Notes under the pieces: generated by a model
What the model saw: the letters and a program-made list of their open reading frames with translations, nothing else
What the model was told of the DNA's origin: nothing
The model's database searches: none
Shown: one piece after another, positions 53,029-64,000 of the stretch
How positions within the stretch are numbered: position 1 is the stretch's first letter
How the letters are laid out: each line of letters starts with the position of its first letter
DNA from: Octopus sinensis
Taxonomy: Eukaryota
DNA length: 64,000 bases
NCBI RefSeq assembly: GCF_006345805.1
Contig: NC_043008.1
Location: 5,766,001-5,830,000, forward strand
Direction of reading: 5' to 3'
Position numbers and translations under genes: made by a program

Positions 53029-53479
53029 TATGTGGGCACAGGAAGGAAGTCATGAAATGTCTACAACAAAAAGTACGAAGCAGAGTACTGGAACATGAAC
53101 TATTCTTTCGAACAACGAAAGACACAAATGGAAAAACAAAAAACAAAACAACACATAAAACGACTCTCATCAGTGTTGGATGTTGTTTTCTAGCTTCGTA
53201 TTCGAGGCATTTTATACACACACACACACCACACACACACTATCTTATAATAATATACACACACACATACAGTATAATTTTGTCTTTGGTTAAACGTTTT
53301 CATTGACTGGTATCTAGAATTACTTTATTAAGACAGTCGTCATCGTTTAATTTCGATGGTATGTTTTCAATGGTCGACATCGAAATGTTTATCTGTATAT
53401 CGTTTCCAGAGGTCAATTCCGAACGACTTCTATGCTTTTGTATTGCAGATTCGCATCTTGCTTTTCTAACCGGTGGTGC

Positions 53480-54100
53480 AATATTCTAAATTCCCTTGTT
53501 CTACTGCTTCCAAATATGGTCACCACACAATATAAAATTAACCGCAGAACTCGAAGCAATCCAACGAAGCTACGCTAAGATCGTCTCAATGCAACATATC
53601 AGTTGCTGGGAAAGACTGAAAACATTAAAACTATTCTCCCTGGAGCGAAGGAGAGAGAAATATGCAGTGATATACATCTGGAAAATCCTGGAGGGTCTTG
53701 TCCAGAATTTTTGCATTGAATGTTACCCCAACAGCAGAACGAGGAGCCACTGCATAGTGCTAAAGATCCCCAAATCACCATCAAAATACAGGACCAGATA
53801 CTGCAGCAGCTTGGGTTTCAAGGGACCACAGCTCTTCAATATCCTTCCTCAATGCCTGAGAGACGTGCATGGTGTGGATGTGGGTTTATTTAAAACTAAA
53901 CTGGATCTCTTCTTGTCAGGGGTTCCAGATGAACCTACCTCTCGGCAGGAAACACAGATGCGGGCAGCGGCATCGAACTCCCTTGTTGACCAAGTGCCAC
54001 ATATCATAGGTGGTTTCACATACTAGTGTAGCACATTCAGCGGTGGTGCCCCAGCATGGCTGCAGCTTTCGGGTTACAACATTTTTAAGGATTTAAGGAT
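53480..54100 (+). mobile_element. CR1/L2-group LINE 3' fragment
   Basis: ORF 53496-54026: YCFQIWSP...LEAIQR...WERLKTLKLFSLERRRE...GPQLFNILP; followed by a 3' UTR stem-loop and (tttaagga)n tail. Confidence 0.9.
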
Positions 54101-54131
54101 ATATACATATACATACATACATACATACATA

Positions 54132-54212
<81 letters not shown>

Positions 54213-55033
54213 TATTATTATTATTATTATATATTATATATTATTATGCATTATTATTATTATATATTATATATTATTATTATATTTATATAGATATACA
54301 TAAGTGTATGTACATATACATATATATGTGTGTGTGAGTGTTTGTGTGTATATCTTTACACCCCCACCCCCAAATCTACCTAATATCCACAGACACATAC
54401 ACACGTACGCACGCATAGGCACACATAGGAATACACGCTTCCATACGAACACACGCACCAAATACGAAACGAGCGTAAGTGTGCCATATTATTTCATCCA
54501 ATCACAAAACATTATGTATATTAAGTAGGTCATATATTTTGTTACGTTTCGTGCAACTGTCTTCCATTTTCAAGTAGAAATCATAACGTTATCCTCTTTG
54601 TCACTAATAGCTTCTTCAGTCAAGAAATACAACTTGTTTTTCTCTTATGCACGCAATTTCCGCGAGAAAAGAATATAATACACATTATTACGGAAACAAA
54701 AGGAAAAATAATGTGACTCAAGTGAAAAACACACTCGCTGTCATTGATTTATCAACTGCTGCTGTATTTGAGAAGAAAAGGAAGACCAACAATTACAAAT
54801 TCATCAGTGTACATACATATACTTATATGCATATATGTACATATACGTATATAACGAACATTCTTGAATGTACATATATTTATGTACATACTTATGTGTG
54901 ATTCATTCCAAACCGACAGTCCTGTAGCCTTAGATTTAGTGGTTGATAAAAAGACAAATAAATTAGATGAAGGATTGCTTGTAGGTACACACACAAATAC
55001 ACACACACAAACACACACACATGCACACACACA

Positions 55034-55093
<60 letters not shown>

Positions 55094-55127
55094 GCATATA
55101 TAATATATATATATATCGGAGGTGGAT

Positions 55128-55212
55128 TCACATATTAGTGTAGCTCATTCAGCGGTGGTGCCCCAGCATGGCCGCGGCCTTCGGGCTAAAACATTTTTAA
55201 GGATTTAAGGAT
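55128..55212 (+). mobile_element. 3' tip only of the same CR1/L2 LINE
   Basis: ggtggattcacatattagtgtagctcattcagcggtggtgccccagcatggcc...tttaaggatttaagg matches 54010-54100. Confidence 0.85.
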
Positions 55213-55229
55213 TTATATATATATGTATG

Positions 55230-55655
55230 CAGGCATGGTTGTGTGGTAAGAAGCTTGGTTCCCAACCGTACATAGTTGTAAGTTCAGTCCCAGTGCGTGG
55301 CACATTGGGCAAGTGTCTTCTGTTATAGCCTCGTGTCGACCAAAACCATGTGAATGGATTTGGTTGACAGAAACTGAAAGAAGCCTGTCGTATATTATAT
55401 CTATATATGTATATATATATATGTCTATACGTACGTGTCTTTGTATCTGTGTTCGTCTCCTACTACCGCTTCACAACCGGTGTTGGTATGTTTATGTCCC
55501 TGTAATCTAGCGAATCGGCAAAAGACACCGACAGAATAAGTACCAGACTTTAAAAACATAAGCCCTGGAATCGAATTGTTCGACTATTACCCACAAGGAG
55601 GCGCCCCAGCATGGTGACAGTCAAATGACTGAAACAAATGAAAGATAAGAGATGA
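55230..55655 (+). mobile_element. SINE family A, diverged full length
   Basis: gcaggcatggttgtgtggtaag...gcgccccagcatgg...aaatgactgaaacaaatgaaag. Confidence 0.85.
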
Positions 55656-55662
55656 AAGAGTT

Positions 55663-55716
<54 letters not shown>

Positions 55717-56030
55717 TGATGTGGGTCTGTCTCCTTTGTTATGTTCTAGGATTTGTATTGTATAATAATATAGAGGTTTGCTCTTCTATAGTTTTACGTA
55801 ACATTCCCTCTTTGTTGCACATATTTCAAATGTTGAAAACACTGTCTTCACAAAATAACTATCACCGTTTCCATTTCGTTATCATTCGTTGTTCTTTAAC
55901 CAAAGATCGATTATATCGAATGTGTTCCAATTGATCCTGAAGCTTCTCAGAGTAAATGATGCATACATCAGAATAAACATAACACCTACATCCGCTCACA
56001 CATATATATATATATATGTATGTGTATATA

Positions 56031-56066
<36 letters not shown>

Positions 56067-56080
56067 TGTATGTATGTATG

Positions 56081-56113
<33 letters not shown>

Positions 56114-56117
<4 letters not shown>

Positions 56118-56317
56118 ATTATTGGTGAATTGAAGAAATGGAGCTGAACGCAGATTGAACAGAAATCGTTTTATTTCATTCTACACGTGTTTCGAAAGGC
56201 ACAAATTACCAAAATCCGATTGAAATCCGTGCCTTTCGAAACACGTGTAGAATGAAATAAAACGATTTCTGTTCAATCTGCGTTCAGCTCCATTTCTTCA
56301 ATTCACCAATAATGTTT
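56114..56317. repeat. Perfect fold-back: 89-bp arms (56114-56202 / 56229-56317), 26-bp spacer; carries hammerhead 3' half
   Basis: Arms are exact reverse complements. Each contains C-GAAAC-ACGU-GUA adjoining a GAAAGGCAC/GUGCCUUUC stem. Confidence 0.95.
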
Positions 56318-56454
56318 TAATTTCAATTATCCGCACCAACGCACGGTTGCAACGCCAGATGGTTGTACCTCCAACCGTGCTGTTTACTGCTGTGATTTTT
56401 GCTACTAAGGTATCGGTTAAACTTTTGATTAATCTACTACAAGATTATTCATCT

Positions 56455-56520
56455 TTCTATTTCACATAATATATATATATATATGTATGTCTGTATGTAT
56501 ATATATATGGATGTATATGT

Positions 56521-56598
<78 letters not shown>

Positions 56599-56665
56599 GG
56601 TATGTATGTATGTATGTAGTATATAATATATATATGTATGTATGTATGTATGTATATATTATATG

Positions 56666-56710
<45 letters not shown>

Positions 56711-56740
56711 ATGTATATGTTGTATGTATGTATATGTATG

Positions 56741-56801
<61 letters not shown>

Positions 56802-57247
56802 GCACGTAATACACGTATATACACGCATGTGTGTGTATGAGGTGTTTATTCTGACGTGTATGTTTATATTTCTTTAAATTAATGTTTCCCTTATTATTAT
56901 ATGGAATCTTTGAAGTTTTGTCTTTTTTCTCTAATTCACGGGACTTCGAAACTAGTAATATTGCTGAAGGCTACTCTTGCAGGTCCATTGTTGTTGTAGT
57001 TATTGTTAGGTTTATTACTTTGTAAATTTAAATTTAAAAAAGTTATTTTCAATGCTTTTAAAGGCTTAGAATATCTTCAAGCATTTTTAAAGCTAATGGC
57101 TTCGTAAATACGGAGAAATTTTTCTGCAGAATGTACACATATACACACAGAATATGTGTGTATATGTGTGTGCATGTGAGAGAAAGAGAGACAGAGACAG
57201 AGTGAGAGAGAGCGAAAGAAAGAGTGTGTGAAAGGTGCCTGTATGTA

Positions 57248-57325
<78 letters not shown>

Positions 57326-57378
57326 TATATATATATATATATGTATTATATATATATATATTATATATATATATATAC

Positions 57379-57440
<62 letters not shown>

Positions 57441-57530
57441 ATATATATGTATATATACATATGTATGTGTACATTATATATGTATGTGTGTGTATATATA
57501 TATATATATATATACATATATATACATCGT
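56455..57530. repeat. (TA)/(TATG) microsatellite blocks
   Basis: Direct reading, with unique interruptions. Confidence 0.8.
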
Positions 57531-57607
57531 GTGAGTACGCGCACGGCGCGTGTGTTTGTCAATTATGTTTGATAATATAAAAAAAGTTAAAATATACGTT
57601 TAAACAA

Positions 57608-57630
57608 TGTAGTAGTAGTAGTAGTAGTAA

Positions 57631-57668
<38 letters not shown>

Positions 57669-57798
57669 ATGATAATTATATTTTTATTAATGTTATTACT
57701 ATTACTATTACTGTTATTGTTATTATTGTTATTATTATTGTTATTATTGTTATTATTACGATTATTACAATTGTAATTGTTGTTGTTGTTGCTGCTGC

Positions 57799-57832
<34 letters not shown>

Positions 57833-57845
57833 GCTGCTGCGCTAA
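57608..57845. repeat. (GTA)/(TTA)/(TTG)/(CTG) trinucleotide mosaic
   Basis: Direct reading. Confidence 0.9.
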
Positions 57846-58662
57846 TAATGCAAATGAAGAAAATACAATTTTTCTTTTAGCGAAATATTTAGTTGAGAGA
57901 TTTTCCGGAAGTTTAATTGTTTTAATGAAAATTGTATCTTTAGATAAATTTGGTTTAAGTATTTTCAGAAAATTCCATAACGAATGAAAAAAAAAAAATA
58001 ATAGTAATTTTTACAAATATTAATAAAATATCGTCTAATTAATTAGTGCTGTTCAATTAAATCAACATAATCGTTAATGAACCCATAATCGCATAAACAC
58101 ATGTTTAATATACATATATAGATGCCTGCAGGGCATTTGAGAAGAAATCTTTTTATATATGACAGTTTTTCGCGTGTATAAATATACATGTGTGTATGTG
58201 TGTGTGTGTTGTTTGCATACGTGTATGTGTTTATCTGTTGAAGAGCGTGCGTGTGTGTAATGAAGAGAGAGAGAGAAAGAGAGGGAGAGAGAGAGAGGGA
58301 GAGCAATGGAGAGATATTATTAAACTAGATAACTTTGGAAAAGATTCTTGATCATCAATTTTCAAATGAGAATAGATACTACAATTAATATTAAGTGATT
58401 AATCTTTCTGTAATGATTGTTTGTTTGTGTTTGTTTGTTTGTTTGTTCGTTTTTTGTTTTTTTTTGCTTGTTTGTTTTTAACATACCTATCTGTAATAAT
58501 CTACAGATGTATCCATGGTAACTTGAATATGAAACAATTTTCCTTTATACGGTGAAGTATGTGTGTGTGTAAGAGAGGGTGAGAGAGAGAGAGAGAGAGG
58601 AGAGAGATACTGGGAGAGACAGAGAGTAAGAATGTGCGTAGATACATAGACAGAGAGAGGGC

Positions 58663-58694
<32 letters not shown>

Positions 58695-58819
58695 GAGAGA
58701 GATAGATAGGCTCAGGTGGTACGAATAATTCATCAGACAGTTTATTAAGCTCATAATTCTAGTGTATATTGTGGACGTTTTGAGAGAGATCAGGAAGAGA
58801 TTTCGTCTCAAAAGCCTGA

Positions 58820-59180
58820 GCACCGACACCAAGACAATACTCCCGTCCTCAATTCCATCCAGTTAACCAACTGCTTCACCACAAATGGGCACCAAAACTG
58901 TCTTTCACGTTCCCTCTCAGCCCAGACCTTGCAACTTGTAGTAGCCCCCCACCCCCATCAAGCTGAAAGAAGAGATGAAGGAGGTTATGACAAGAGTCGT
59001 GAATAGTTAGAGTTTGGAGGACTTCCACGGGGCCTTTACGAATGGATTGGAGGGATACAACAAGTGCATTGACGTTAGAGGATCTCACATTTAAAGAGAA
59101 TAGAGTACTGTACTTCTTTAAAATTGATATCTGTCTCTCCTAAAAAAAATTTCAAAACTTCTGGAATGCACATTATACAT
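58820..59180 (+). mobile_element. mariner transposase C-terminal fragment plus 3' TIR
   Basis: HQDNTPV, QMGTKTV and EEMKEVMTRV...EDFHGAF...YNKCI match the mariner C-terminus. Confidence 0.7.
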
Positions 59181-59249
<69 letters not shown>

Positions 59250-59394
59250 AAAACAAATGAGTTCGATACGCAAACAAGGAGAGAAACAAATGGAATACAG
59301 GACAAGTAACATAAAGAACAACTCTTCATTAGTTATCGGCTGTGTATCTACTCCTCATTTCGAGCATTGAGCGACAGTACATGTATATATATAC

Positions 59395-59600
59395 TCTTTT
59401 ACACATTTCAGTCATTTAACTGCGGCCATGCTGGAGCACCGTCTTTAGTCGAAGAAATCGACCCACGACTTATTGTTTGTAAGCTTACGACTTATTTTAT
59501 CGGTCTTTTGCTGAACCGCTAAGTTTCGGGGATATAAACACACCAACATCGGTTTTCAAGTGATGGTGCGGGTACAAACACAGTCACAAAGACACACACA
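59395..59600 (-). mobile_element. SINE family A, 3' half
   Basis: cagtcatttaactgcggccatgctggagcaccg...ctgaaccgctaag. Confidence 0.85.
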
Positions 59601-59619
59601 CATAAATATATGTTCATAT

Positions 59620-60530
59620 ATACTGGGTAATTCCATGAATAATACGATATTTTGTTATACCTTTATTTTTCAAAATTAAGATGAACAAATTTCGTTTTTA
59701 ATCTAAAATATACTCTCCTTCATTTCTTGCAATGCTCTTCCAGCTATCTGCTAGACTTGCAAAACCCCTCTTCCAAAATTCACCTGTCAGTGACGAAAGA
59801 TACTCCTCCAGTCTGAATTCTTCTACAGAATTCATATTTTTCCGTCCAAATGATTTTGAAGACTGCGGAATAAATGATAATCAGATGGTTCAATGTCTAA
59901 TATGATGATAGGGGCATCGTTTCCCATTGAAACTGCTCCAGCCTTTGGAATGTCATCCGCACTGTATGTGGCCGAGCATTATCATGAAGGAAGAACAGAT
60001 TTCGTTTTGAAACGAAAGTTGGTCGTTTTTCTTCTAGCGCTGGTTGAATGACTGGTTGAATGACCAAATCCAAGCCTCTCTGATAGTTCCTCAACAGATG
60101 GGATTTTGTTCCACCAGGGTTTGCAGGACGTCCTCGACAAGATCTACGGATCTTCCAGGATGAGGCTCATCTTCTAGGCTGTAGTTTCCAGCTCGGAATT
60201 TCTTGAACCACCGTTGACACTGACTGACATTTATTTTCCAATCTCCATATACTGCATTAATATTCTTCACACTTTCCGTTGCGCTATTGTCTTTATTGAA
60301 CTCATAAAACAAAATATGCCAAATATGCTCCTTTGTCATTTCCAAATAAATTAGATGTCCAATTTTGTAAATAATAAATAATTATTAATTTAATTATCTC
60401 TATTTTCTTATTTTCTTAAAAATATATATAATTCCCGGTTTATCCAAATGCAGTTGAATATTAAATATGATATTCAATACTTTTTGTAAAAGGTAATAAA
60501 CAATCATATTCTTCGGATTTTATTAACCCT
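59620..60530 (-). mobile_element. Internally deleted mariner (DD34D) element
   Basis: MEMTKEHIWHILFYEF...QRWFKKFRAGNYSLEDEPHPGR (HTH), LHDNARPH, PSDYHLFRSLQNHL; middle of catalytic domain missing. Confidence 0.9.
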
Positions 60531-60569
60531 TAATGACGTTTGCAACCTTTAATTGAACTTATATATATT

Positions 60570-60837
60570 AATAATAATAATAATATGACAACAAAAGAAT
60601 GAATGAGACCTCGATATTATGTAAAATAGAGGAATTTATCTGTAATATAATATGTAACAATTAGTTGGTTGTCATAATAAAACTCAGAGTTTCGGATGCC
60701 GGAGCTGAAGTCTGCTCCGGCATCTCATCAGTTATTAGGACAAACGCGTTTGATTTAATAGCTGATGAGATGCCGGAGCAGACTTCATCCTTGGCATCCT
60801 AAACTCTGAGTTTTATCATGAGAACCAACTAATTGTC
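60570..60837. mobile_element. Spacerless palindrome of two hammerhead-bearing units
   Basis: Centre caaacgcgtttg is self-complementary (axis 60746/60747). The right arm 60750-60837 is a diverged copy with G12 mutated. Confidence 0.88.
60669..60743 (-). ncRNA. Complete type I hammerhead ribozyme (left arm of palindrome)
   Basis: UUGUC c UAAUAA-CUGAUGA-GAUGCCGGAGC agacuuca GCUCCGGCAUC-c-GAAAC-UCUGA-GUU/-UUAUUA u GACAA. Helix I is 6+5 bp, helix II is 11 bp. Confidence 0.78.
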
Positions 60838-61980
60838 ACACACACACCACACATTTATATTTCTGACTTTCACGACTTTCATTTCCAAAGATTAGCAAGA
60901 CTTCATATCCTAGACAACCAACATGAATCCTTACAGAGCGTCAGCAACAAAGAACACACCCACGCACTTAACAAGGAATCAGGACAAATACCATCTCTGA
61001 CTTCCACGTGTCTCACGAGTGAGAAAATAATGGAAGTAGTTGTTCCGACTGTCACAGACGAGCGAGATGCCCAAACAACACGAACAAAAATTTACCTAAT
61101 GTTTCTGGCTCGTAAAATTTCAAATCATGACTTGACTTATGTATAACGTAGATAATAGTGGAGGAGGACTACGCCGGATCATCCATTAAGTTTTAGCAAG
61201 GAATTCCTAGGCAACAAGGCATGCAGTTGCCTGATCAAACGAGTCTATGTTGTTGTTTTTATTGCTTTAAAGCATGCATCACGGAGCAATGTTGCTGCAT
61301 ATTGATTTTCTGCTAGTTGAAGCTTAATCACTAATGCTCGGATCCGTATCGCATAATATTCCAGAAGTTCGGTGTTTATACGCTTACGGTAAAACAATCT
61401 TTAAGTATTTCACTAAGAGTTGAAGAGTCATCAGTTATCTTGAGACTCAGCCTGCTAATGCGTTGCCTAGGAAGCAGCGCCACACATGGAATATATGAGT
61501 GTATATTTAGCTTATAGACTGACTGTATATTCAGCAAGTAAAATAAAGGAGCTATTGGTATTACATTTATTCCTTGGTTACGATCGTTTCAAAAACAGAT
61601 GGCTCAGATAAACTATTTAGCACAGTGGAAAGCATAACCATGTATACAAACAATGATTATATAATTTTAAGCTATATTACATGCAACCCACCTTTCATCT
61701 CGTCAATACCGAATGAACAAATCAATAAATACCCACCTATATATATATATACACACACACATACACACGTAATCAGCGGGAGGAGCTTATATTGTTGTAG
61801 TGATGACGAAATAACTTTGACATAGAGTAGATATACAGAGCGGACAACGTATTTGTGTACCAATCGATAAAATTAATTGTGACACTGGTTTTATTAATTA
61901 CAGTAGATAGTGAGATAGCGGGCTTCTGGAGCAGGGAAATATGTATTTAATTTGGGCTTCAGTTAACACTGAGTCATAAC

Positions 61981-62115
61981 CCCCCCACTGCCAGAGCCTC
62001 TTGGGGCTTTCGGTGTTTTCGCTCAATAAACACGCACAATGCCCGGTCTGGGAATCGAAACTGCGATTCTCCGACTGCGAGTCCGCTGCCCTAACCACTG
62101 GGCCATTGCGCCTCC
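61981..62115 (-). mobile_element. SINE family C head (3'-truncated)
   Basis: Reverse complement of ggaggcgcaatggcccagtggttagggcagcggactcgcag...aaaacaccgaaagcc. Confidence 0.88.
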
Positions 62116-62419
62116 ACTTAAGTATAAATATATTGATATATTAATAGATCAAACTTACATAAAATACAGACAACAGAAAACATTATGAGTCCAACAACAG
62201 TTTCTGGGGGGCTCGGAGATCCATCATAATGTTGGTAGATGTAGATTATCATAATATGCAAGCCGTAATAGAAGCAAATAAACGTTGCATAAATCGGATG
62301 CCCGTCATCAGAGTGGAAAAAAATCTTACATTTTAGATTCTGATGCAGAGAAGGCTCAACTTCCAAACATTTGAGCGCTACCAAGTGTTTTCTATACCGA
62401 GAATCTCTGGATCTCATCT

Positions 62420-62836
62420 CTTTTACTCTTTTACTCTTTTAGTTGTTACAGTCATTTGACTGCGGCCATGCTGGAGCACCGCCTTTAGTCGAGCAAATCG
62501 ACCCCAGGACTTATTCTTTGTAAGCCTAGTACTTATTCTATCGGTCTCTTTTGCCGAACCGCTAAGTTTTGGGGACATAAACACACCAGCATCGGTTGTC
62601 AAGCGATGTTGGGTGGGGGCATATACAGACACACAAACACACACACACATATATATACATATGCACATATACGACAGGCTTCTTTCAGTTTCCGTCTACC
62701 AAATCCACTCACAAGGCTCTGGTCGGCCCGAGGCTATATAATTGAAGACACTTGCACAAGGTGCCACGCAGTGGGACTGAACCCGGAGCCATGTGGTTCG
62801 TAAGCAAGCTACTTACCACACAGCCACTTCTGCGCC
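62420..62836 (-). mobile_element. SINE family A, full length
   Basis: Reverse complement of 5605-6012. Confidence 0.93.
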
Positions 62837-62869
62837 TATGTTGACTATATAATAGAAACCTGATACACC

Positions 62870-63510
62870 TTGTTCCCTCACTTGTCTCTGTCTTTGGTTT
62901 TTGTGCGCGGAATTCTGTTTTTGATTCGACGGTCATTCGGAATGCTCACAGCAGCCATATTCCTGCCACTCTATGTCACGCTGGTGAGACCCATATTGGA
63001 GTATGGGATTCAAGCCTCTTCTCCTTATCTCCTCAAAGACATACAGCACCTCGAAAGAGTCCAGAGGCTGGCTACCCGCATGGTTCATGGTCTCAAAAAT
63101 TTGTCCTACGAAGAAAGGCTGAGGACGCTCGACCTTTATTCTCTTGAAAAACGCCGCCGCCGTGGTGATCTCATTCTCGCCCACAACATCATAAGCGGGA
63201 AGTGTAACCTCTCGAAAGAGCTGTTCTTCACTCCTGCTCCGGAGCGTCGGCTGCGGGGTCATTCCAAAAAGCTCTACCTGCGACGATTTCATCTCAATCG
63301 AAGGAGAGGAGCTTTCTCCGTCCGGGTTGCGGATCCGTGGGACAAGCTGCCAGACGAGATGGTGAAGATGCCGACGACCGCTTTGTTCAAAGCCTCCCTG
63401 GACCTCAAGTGGCCTGAACTCTTTACATGAACACCACCCTGTACTTAACTCCATGTCCCCCTACATGGCCTTGCTATTTGCTTTTGAGCCAAATTAACTA
63501 ACTAACTACA
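62870..63510 (+). mobile_element. CR1-clade LINE 3' fragment (second family), open frame to stop, (TAAC)n tail
   Basis: LYVTLVRPILEYG...LERVQRLATRMV...YEERL..LDLYSLEKRRRRGDLI...RGHSKKL...WDKLP. Confidence 0.92.
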
Positions 63511-64000
63511 TTTGAACCCCCTAACACACACACACAATTAGTGTGTGTGTGTGTGTGTGAGTATGTGTGTGCAAATGGTATTTAGCAAAGAAACAAGAGT
63601 AAATCAATTCGACAAAGCGAGCGAGCAAAACGAGGTAAAAAGTAACACGTTCCTACCATCTCAGCTTGTTCAGTGCTATATTGAGGGAGTTATAATATGT
63701 TACTGTTTACGCAGTGTTGCTTATTCTCTTATTGTAAACAACTGTAAGTTAATGAAGGAAATAATTAGTATTCCTTTGTTATTTATTCTTAACGTCTGGT
63801 TCTAGATTTCGTTGTCGTCTGTATGAGCATCCGGAAGACAGTGTTATTTCGTTACTTCTGACTACCCAAAGGAAGTAACCTTTTAACCAAACGGCAATAC
63901 CGGAAACTCTACATAACAAATTCCAATATATGAGGCAGATAATTCAGAAACAGATTTAGTTTTGTCGTCCGAAAATCTCTTTACTTTGACTGAATATTGT

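Noticed and set aside
62290-62375. Two hammerhead-like fragments (minus CTGATGACGG...; plus CTGATG..GAAG/CTTC.AAAC)
   Set aside because: GAAA or core is corrupted and no helix I; too degenerate to call.

Overview
AT-rich, microsatellite-saturated animal genomic DNA, most likely octopus or another coleoid cephalopod (inferred from the tRNA-derived SINE families and repeat landscape; not verifiable here). No intact host protein-coding gene was recognised, and nearly all long ORFs in the track are translations of simple repeats. The window holds at least three tRNA-headed SINE families (called A, B, C here; about 30 copies or fragments) and decayed LINE pieces (R4/Dong x3, CR1/L2-group x4-5, RTE x2, an ORF1-only fragment). 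It also holds a near full-length decayed Penelope-like element (RT + GIY-YIG), Tc1/mariner fragments, several MITEs and a 100-N gap. The most striking signal is roughly ten Penelope-type minimal (type I) hammerhead ribozyme motifs from several unrelated families, some with complete catalytic cores. Many sit in short ORF-less fold-back palindromes whose inversion points fall at or inside the ribozyme (30.7, 40.4, 56.2, 60.7 kb; possibly 52.8 kb). This suggests ribozyme-centred, non-autonomous fold-back retroelements. Secondary observations: a SINE head carrying four different 3' modules, a SINE/LINE shared 3' stem-loop with covariation, repeated R4/Dong-SINE B adjacency at trinucleotide repeats, and a candidate RFX/NRF1 promoter. 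Element boundaries are approximate unless fixed by TSDs or TIRs.
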